From the NCBI GenBank assembly GCA_016748015.1, contig JAAOMT010000721.1:11280-43956 (forward strand): DNA of 32,677 bases, read 5' to 3'. Position 1 is the first letter of the stretch; every line of letters begins with the position of its first letter. The position numbers and the translations under genes were made by a program. Below the pieces are notes generated by a model. The model was not told where the DNA came from. It made no database searches and saw only the letters and a program-made list of their open reading frames with translations. Shown one piece after another: positions 24,792 through 32,677 of this stretch. This DNA is from Geosiphon pyriformis uo1. Taxonomy: Eukaryota > Fungi > Glomeromycota.

Positions 24792-26184
24792 CTAAGGTGA
24801 GTCAATCTCTTGTACGGGTTTTTCTTCTACCAGGCTCAAAAAGATCATTTCCAAAGTATCATAAGGGTTATTGTCACATTGTCCCATCTTGTAACCGAAA
24901 TATGGTCCAAAATGTATTCTATTGGGGACGAAACTATCTTTAACTTTTTTTAAAGACTTTGAATGAAATTGGGCATTGCATTTCTAAAATAAATAAAATA
25001 AAATGAGAATTAAGTTTTTTTAAAATGAAAATTCCTATACAATAACCAGCTAGCACCGACCGTGTTCAATTCTTTTGTACCCTTTTGTTCGCACATGTAA
25101 ACCTTAGGAAACTTTCCAATTGAAGGGTTACAATCACATGAGTTGTCATCTGGAATCCAAAATTCTGTTGGCAAAGGCCAATACTCATTATTTAAAGGAA
25201 AAGCGGGAACATTATCATCTGCATAGGTGACTCGATAAAGTTTTAATTGAGTGGACACAAGATCTGCAAATAGGCTGTTACTCATTTTTGGTTGGCCAAA
25301 AGTGACTACAACTGGAATCTTCCTGTATCTTTTCCCGTAAGATAGAGCCGCAAATATAGCAAAAACTTTGAAAATTTTTTTATAGCGAAATTTTTAAAAA
25401 AGTTAAAAATAAACGAGAAAATAATTCAAATAGATTTACCTCCACCTTCTCCAAATCCAGTAAACACAAAATAACAATGAGTTGACAATTTATAAAGAGG
25501 ATTCATTCTATGAAATTTTTCAAAGGTTGTTTGAACAAGTTTACGTGGGTTTCTTAGAGCGTTGGACCAGCGTGCATAGTGATCTTTATCAACTTTCATC
25601 CCTTTAGTACCGGGACCACCAGGATATTCTTCTAATATGACAGAGGGATTTTTTTTTATTTTACGTGCATCAAAAAAGAAGACGCGTGTTGGAGGTAGAT
25701 TTAGGGTGGGAGGGCTTAAAATAGTTATTATGCCCACTAAAATTTTATTTAAAAGACAGAATTTTTGAATAAATTGGCTGGATTTATTTTGAAGGAGAAA
25801 GATATTTTTCACCCCACCCCCCAAAAAAGAATTCTTACTGAATAAATTCCTTGAAATTTGATCTTCATTCTTAAGACAAGACCCTTTTTTGGAGATATAA
25901 GCCAAAAGAGAAAGAGTTTTCAATTCATTTTCATTCGTGATAAGAATCTTGGAAGGTGATTCTGATCTTTTGAAAAAAACTTTATGATTCTGGTCATGAC
26001 TAAAGCTTTTTAGGATCAATTGATCAAGATTAGAAGTTGCTAGTTTGAAAGAATTTTTTGGAATTATATCTGTTAAAAGAATAGATGGAATATTTTTTAC
26101 TAAAGATTTAATTTTCAATATGAGAAATAATATTGTTGTCAATATTATGAGTGATGAAAACACCAGTCTATACCAAAAATTCAT
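24792..26184 (-). CDS. Class-3 lipase-like protein, copy 4 (Ser->Gly, GFGEGG); 4 exons
   Basis: Exons 26184-25839, 25736-25440, 25365-25061 and 24983-24792. Motifs: signal/anchor LVFSSLIILTTILFLIL, NELKTLSLLAYISKKGSC, FTGFGEGG, VVTFGQPKMSN, YRVTYADDNVP, TEFWI, KCNAQF, HFGPYFGYKMGQC, then an acidic tail. Confidence 0.9.
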
Positions 26185-27103
26185 TATTTTTCAATAAAAT
26201 CTAACAGACTTTCAACTTTAGAAAGTTTCAAACATTTATTTATTTAATATTTACAATATAGATAATTTCAAAGAAGTGTGAATTTATAATTTTTTATTCT
26301 TATTCATTTTTTCATTAGGGGGAGCTATTAAAAAAAATTGTATATTTCAAATATTTCTTAAAACGTACGATTGAAAAAAAAATAAAAAACAAAGAGAATC
26401 TATAGCTCTACCCCCCTTTTTCACACCCCTTGTATGATAGATCTTCCGATCAGTTCTTGAGTTTTGATTTAATTGTTAGTTAGGAGTTTTTTGTTTGGCA
26501 CCATATGAAATAAAATTTCTTTAGGGATAAATGATATGATTGAATCTTTTTGGAAACAATGTCATTTTTTAATTTATATCTTTTACCAAATTATAACAGG
26601 ATTTGAAAATAACAAAAGGATTATAAAAAATACAAAAGAAGATAAAATATCATATTATTATTATAATTAGATAATATTAACAAATTTGCAAGCGATATTA
26701 ATCTAGGTCAAAAAAACAAAAATCCATCTTTGGGGTTAAATTCGGGAAAAATAATTTAAAAAAGATAAAAATCTTCAAGAAAAACAAACAAATAGAAAAA
26801 CCTGTGTTCTCAATGGGAAAATCTTCTTTCAGCCAGAAAGATAAAAAGAAGTGATAAGAGACATGAGAAATTATTTTTTCAGATTTTATTAATAAAATTA
26901 ATAAACACTATCAGAAAATGATTCTCGGACTAAAATAATTGGAGAAGCCAAAAACTTAATAAAACAAGACTAATTACAAGATTTTATTCTTTTCACCCCT
27001 TATTATTCTGGAAAATCGATAAGAATTATATTTTGTAATGTGAATTTACAGAAATTTATTATATAATTTTGTCATACTATTATTATATTAAATGAGCATA
27101 ATT

Positions 27104-27130
27104 CATAATGCATAATGCATAATGCATAAT
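27104..27130. repeat. (CATAATG)n heptamer repeat, ~4 units
   Basis: cataatgcataatgcataatgcataat. Confidence 0.85.
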
Positions 27131-28400
27131 TTTGATAATCAAAATAGTGTTTGAAAATATTTTTTGAAATCTATTGAATCAAAAAAAGAAGAATAAACTT
27201 CATTCTTAATTCTAATGTAAATTTTTTTCAAAATAAAAAAACAAATGGAAAAATCTTTTTTATTTCATATGAGTAATTCATAGTAATCTGTGGAAAAAAA
27301 AAATGAACGCTTAAACTAAAAAAAAAATTTATTCCTTTTTTGTTGAAACTAGAAATCCGAAATATACTTTAAGATTTCTTTGAAAGCAACCCGATAAGTT
27401 TAAAAACTTGTTTCGGAAACCAAAACATGCATAATGATATCAACGAATGCAATTCAGCAACGGATTTATATGAGCATAAATATTTTTTCTTAAATTTTTC
27501 AAACAAGCTCTTTTTAATCATATGATCACTTCCAAGGTCAAACTTTATTAATTTCATCTAATGAAACGCATAAGATTTGATGAAGCACTCAAAAACGTAT
27601 GTATGAGATGTATGTGCTAGCAAAAATTTATGTTTAAATAGTAAACAAAGCCCTCTGAAAGGGAGAGAGTGAGCTTTAAAGGACAAAGAAATGAAAATGA
27701 AAATTAAATTAAATTGTTCTTGTTAGTATCTTTTTTTTTTTTCATAATTATCTATTACCTTTTGATGGATTTTCATATTTTAAATAAATAACCCATATGA
27801 AATTACTCAAAAGATTCCCTTTTTTAAAAACAAAGAAATATCAAAACGTGGCCATGATCAAAAAATATTATACCAAGACAAGAATTTATGCACGAAATAA
27901 ATTGATTGAAAATTTTTGCCATGTTTTGATCGATGTTTCCCTCCGCGTTCCTACTATTTTAGGTAATGATCGGTGTTTGGAAACAAAAGCCTTTCCATTG
28001 ACATGCTAGCATGGAGTGCATTTACGCCCGGCTTTTTTCATGCATCACAGGATCAACTATTATCTTTTGAAAAATGGAAAAACATTCATCATCATCTGAA
28101 ATAGTTATATCATCTATCAGTGATTGACCTTATATTTCCAATTCTTGATTAGGAAGAGGCGTAAATAAAGCATGATGTAACCAAAATATCTTTAATATTC
28201 ACATGATTATGTTAGAAACAATTGATTTGATTCCTTTTGTCTATGGTTTTTGGTTTCTCAGAGCTGTTTATCATTCGGGAATCGAATGCGGCCATGCTAT
28301 TAGAAATTTGTGGATCATGGGAGATGGGAGTAGGAAATATATCGCCAACTATTTCGGTCAACCTAAAAGAAATTAAATATATATACATAATATCTTTGTC

Positions 28401-28431
<31 letters not shown>

Positions 28432-28477
28432 TAATTGAAAATACAAAAATTCCTTTTGACACAACAATTTAACTAAA

Positions 28478-28997
28478 ATGTCTTTGAAAACCGCATTGAT
28501 TGTCGGATTTGTGAGTACTGCTGGTGTAGTTGGTGGAATACATTATATTATTGAAAAAGTCAAGAAATCTGGCCGAAAGAACAAAATTGCCGCAGTGACG
28601 ACGACGAAAGAAGAGGTATGCAATAATAATAATAATAATAATAATGATATTAAGTTTTTATGAACAAAAAATGATAAAAATCCTTTTATATATTCAGACA
28701 CGAATATTCGAACCTAAACCACAGACATATCTCGAAAAACCAATCATCAACACCCCACTAAAACAAACGAAACCCGGAAAATCGGAAAAGTTGCCAAAAT
28801 CAAAAAATGAAAAGAAAAAATTTTCAAACGAAATTCCACAAAAACCATTCCCAGCAACTTTATATAAAAACAATCAACCTTGGTGGGAATCTAAATCAAA
28901 AAATGAAATTGAAGGTAAAGTTTCTGCGCAAAGGCAACCAAAAAAACCACATCGCGTTAACACCAACGAACGAATTGCGTGGCGCCTTGATTTATAA
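28478..28997 (+). CDS. Hypothetical 145-aa protein with N-terminal membrane anchor and Lys/Pro-rich tail; 2 exons
   Basis: Exon 1 is 28478-28615 (AAAATG context; ALIVGFVSTAGVVGGIHYII). A phase-0 intron GTATGC..TTCAG at 28616-28697 joins it in frame to exon 2, 28698-28997, which ends ERIAWRLDL*. Confidence 0.7.
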
Positions 28998-29471
28998 ATT
29001 CGATTTAATTTATCTCCTGACACATTAACCGAGCAGATATTAGATTTGAATTATTTTGGTTTTTTGAGAAAAATTTGTAGATATTTCATGAACATTTTTC
29101 AAAGATCGAAAGTGGTTTAAAACGGTTTTTCATTTTGTAATAATATTTTGGTAAAACAATTGTTCACTTTTCCTACATATTTTTGTATATAATTTCAAAG
29201 TGTTGGTTAGCTAAAGTATCTTGAAATGAAAAAATAGATTTCCTGTATAAAAATGATGTATTTTCTGAAAAAAAAAATTTTATAGAAAAATTTTTCCAAG
29301 TTGAATTTGAAAATTGAGGTTTTTTAAAACATTGATTACTTTGAATATTTTTTTTAAATTAACAGTTTCTAAAATCAATTTCTATTTTTTCCTAACCATA
29401 TTTAAAAACCCTTCCGAATTTGATTTTTTGGATGTATTTGATAATCTTAGTGAAATGGGGTTCATTAGATT

Positions 29472-30873
29472 TTAATTGATATCTGGACATTTTCCCATTA
29501 AATAACCAAAATATGGGCCAATGTGAACTTTTTCCCGATCTTTCATTTCTTTAAAATTTCTTGGTACTTGACTAATAAATCGTCCACTGCACCTCTTTGT
29601 GAAAACAAATAATTATTAATTGTTTATCATTTAAAAAATTTTAAATTTTTAAATAATAAATAAAGAATTTACCTTATTAAGATCTTGATAGAATGACTGA
29701 TAGCATTTATAAACTTTAGTTTCTTTGCAATCACAATCATCTTCCATTATCCAATATTCAGTCTTTAATGGATAAAACTCTTGAGTATCACTATTCTTGG
29801 GTAAGAATGGAATAATATCATTTTTATAGGTGACTCTGTATGAATTGACTCTTTCTGCCGTATAAATCGCAAAATATTTGTTTCCAATTCGTGGAAGACC
29901 AAATGTCACTACAGTTGGTCGTATTTTAAAGCGAGCTTCAAATGCCAATGCTGCAAATACTGCGTAAACTGATGGAGAAAATTATGTATTCAAAATAAAC
30001 TCTTTTTTTTTTTTTTTTTTAGAAAAATTCCTATGCTCCGAAAAATTAAATATTCACTCACCACCACCAATGCTAAACCCAACAAAAACAAATTTAGGCA
30101 TTTGCCGCTTAAGATCATTCCCAGCAACTGAGGGTGATGATGATAATAATCCAAGACCTCGTTCAAAAACAGGCAAAAAAAGTTGCCAAAATTTTTGTCT
30201 GCCCGTATTCCATTTTTTTAAGAATATACTATCTACTAAAAGGTCAGGCCAGTTTCGCCAACTGACTAGAATACTTTTCCTTAATTCCCATCCATTTAAA
30301 AAAATTTCTGTGGCTTTAAAATAAGAATAAATTCTAGTTGTTTTATGTTCTGATAATGCTTCTATTTGACCCATTGTAGTTGAGTGTACTTCTGGCTGGT
30401 ATATTTCAACGTTAGCTTGAATTTTAAAATATTTTAAACCTTTAGAATTTTACTTTTCAAATTTACTCATTTCAATTATATGCGTTACCATAGAGATGAA
30501 TCGTTAATCGTTCCGTTCTTTCCAAACAAGCGGCTTTGAATGCGTAAGATGCTGCTGTTTTCAAAATTTCTAATTCCGCTGGTTTGGTAACTAAAAGTTT
30601 AGACCCTTGTTCTCTTTTTAATATACGAGTAGCTTGTGAAATAAAAGAATTTTTTGAATAATTTCTTTGAAATTCATAAAGTGATTTCACCCTAAAACTG
30701 TTTTCCAAATAGTTTCCTACAGATGAATTGATTTCAATATTTGAAAAAAATTTTTCACTCTGTTCATATGATAAAAATGTTTTACAGAGTGAAATTATAT
30801 GAAAAAAAATCAACGCTATTGAGAAAAAAATGAAAGGAGTGGTAAAAGCTCTTGAAAGTTGAAATAGTAGCAT
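29472..30873 (-). CDS. Class-3 lipase, copy 5 (intact triad: GFSIGG, D, H); 4 exons
   Basis: Exons 30873-30489, 30439-30062, 29968-29673 and 29594-29472. Motifs: hydrophobic N-terminus, AELEILKTAASYAFKAAC, YFKAT, GFSIGGVYA, VVTFGLPRIGN, YRVTYKNDIIP, TEYWI, HIGPYFGYLMGKC. Confidence 0.92.
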
Positions 30874-31299
30874 TTTTGGAAGATGTAGATAGTCTTTATT
30901 ATTTTTAAGAAGTTCCTTAAAAAATCTTTTAAATGATCTAGCTTATCATAGAAAAATCCTTGGAAAATTATATTAGATTGATCATCAAAATATTTATATG
31001 ATATCATTAACCCAGCAAATAATAGATCGGAAAAATGTAATTTAGTAAAAGAATTTCTTTATAATTCTTTTTTAAAAGATGTTACGTAACAAAATATTTA
31101 TTTCGCAAGTTATACTTTGAAAACTTTAGAAATAAAAAAAATATTTAAAAGTGGATGATAGCTGAAATCTTTTAATTTATTTATAAATTTTAATCACTAA
31201 AAATTGTTGATCTCCTTAAAATTACTTGATTTTATTTGGGGAACTAATACCGATTCGATTTTTATGTTAATCGATATTAAACCAATTAAAGGCTTATTA

Positions 31300-31301
<2 letters not shown>

Positions 31302-31381
<80 letters not shown>
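31302..31381. repeat. (ATT)n microsatellite
   Basis: About 26 perfect ATT units; this explains the poly-Leu ORF. Confidence 0.95.
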
Positions 31382-31384
<3 letters not shown>

Positions 31385-31870
31385 ATTAATTAATATTAAC
31401 CAATTATGTCAATTAATAGCAATATTAATTTCTAAAAAATGACTAAATACATTTTGTAATTTATATAAAATATTCTGAAATTCAAATGTTTGGCAAATAA
31501 CAAATTTAAAATATATTTCTTTTTATTTTTTAAATTTTTCTGTTAATAATTATTATTTATTAAATTAAATTTTATAAATATCTTTGTATCTTATTTTTTT
31601 TGGTAGTTTACAAATTTTTAAAGCTTTAAATTAAATATATTAATATATGATATTAAATAATTTAAAATTTAAATTAATAAATAACAATTATTATAAAATT
31701 TTATAAAGTTTTTAATAAAATATTTGTTATATAACTTTATTATATGTTAATAAAAAAATTTTATATATAATAAAAGTATAATATAAATTTAATAGTTTTA
31801 ATAAATTATTCTAAGAAATACAAATATTTTACATATTATTATTAACTTTATAAAAAAAAATTGTTTCATA

Positions 31871-31873
<3 letters not shown>

Positions 31874-31915
<42 letters not shown>

Positions 31916-31920
31916 TAATA
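31874..31920. repeat. (AAT)n microsatellite
   Basis: Long, near-perfect AAT run. Confidence 0.9.
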
Positions 31921-32677
31921 TTAATAATTAATAAAATCTATTAATATAAACATTTTAAGCATTAAAACATATATATTTTAAGCTTGTAAATAATAATTTT
32001 TTCTGAAAAACTACATTTTTTTTTCAACACATTAGAAACGGTTTTAATAATATTTTAATTATCAACAAAAAATTTAAAACTTTTAATAATATGATCAATT
32101 AAAATTTAACTCAAAAATTATTTTTTAGTTCTTATTATTAATTAACATACATTATTGTTTTATATTTAATATTAATTATTTAAATTATCTAAATTATTCA
32201 TTATTTTATTTTATTAATAACTTAATTTTTACAATACAAAAAATGTAATTAAATATTATAATTAGATTATAAAATAATTTAAATTCTATACAATATTAAA
32301 AATTTTTCTAAATGTAAATAGTTTAAGTATAATTTGATAGTTTATTAAAATTATTATTTTAATTATTAAAATCTTTGCAAAAATAATAGCGTTAATTCAA
32401 ATACAGCAATATATATAAAAAAAAGTTTATCTCTTAAGAAATGTATGTTACCTAAAATATTTATTACTTAAAGATTCTAATATATAAAATAATCAACTAA
32501 AAAATAATAATGCAATTAAAAGAATAATTAATTAATAATAAATAGAGTAACTAAATATCAAAATATTGAAAAAACCAAAAAAATTTTAAATTGTTACACA
32601 TATAACAACAATTAAAGTTTAAAGTATTATAAATCACTTTTTTAATAAGGTTTTAATTCGGTTTAAAAAATACATTA

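Noticed and set aside
27369-28434. Short ORFs and exon-like patches upstream of the 28478 gene
   Set aside because: Could not assemble a consistent gene model on either strand.
28478-28615. PET117-like assignment for the small membrane protein
   Set aside because: Only a vague hydrophobic-His resemblance; the downstream PET117 pattern is absent.
5615-30324. Plus-strand ORFs 5615, 11996, 20556, 21084 and 30070
   Set aside because: Antisense shadows of lipase exons with no independent motifs.
31204-31389. Poly-Leu ORF
   Set aside because: Translation of the (ATT)n microsatellite.

Overview
Very AT-rich, intron-containing eukaryotic DNA, almost certainly fungal. It is probably Glomeromycotina/Mucoromycota; Geosiphon-like is an inference from my recollection of gene families, not a search. 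The window is dominated by five same-strand (-), highly diverged class-3 (fungal) lipase paralogues. Four of them have lost the catalytic Ser of the GxSxG elbow, while all five keep the triad Asp/His, intact frames and shared intron positions. Between them are an intact 8-exon cytochrome P450, a small 2-exon membrane-anchored orphan gene and the 3' end of a 6-Cys protein. There is also a 1.6-kb TIR element carrying a spliced, frameshifted USP-like protease fragment, plus decayed hAT, Tc1/mariner and possibly LINE relics and AT deserts. All exon boundaries were assigned by hand from GT..AG sites and frame continuity.
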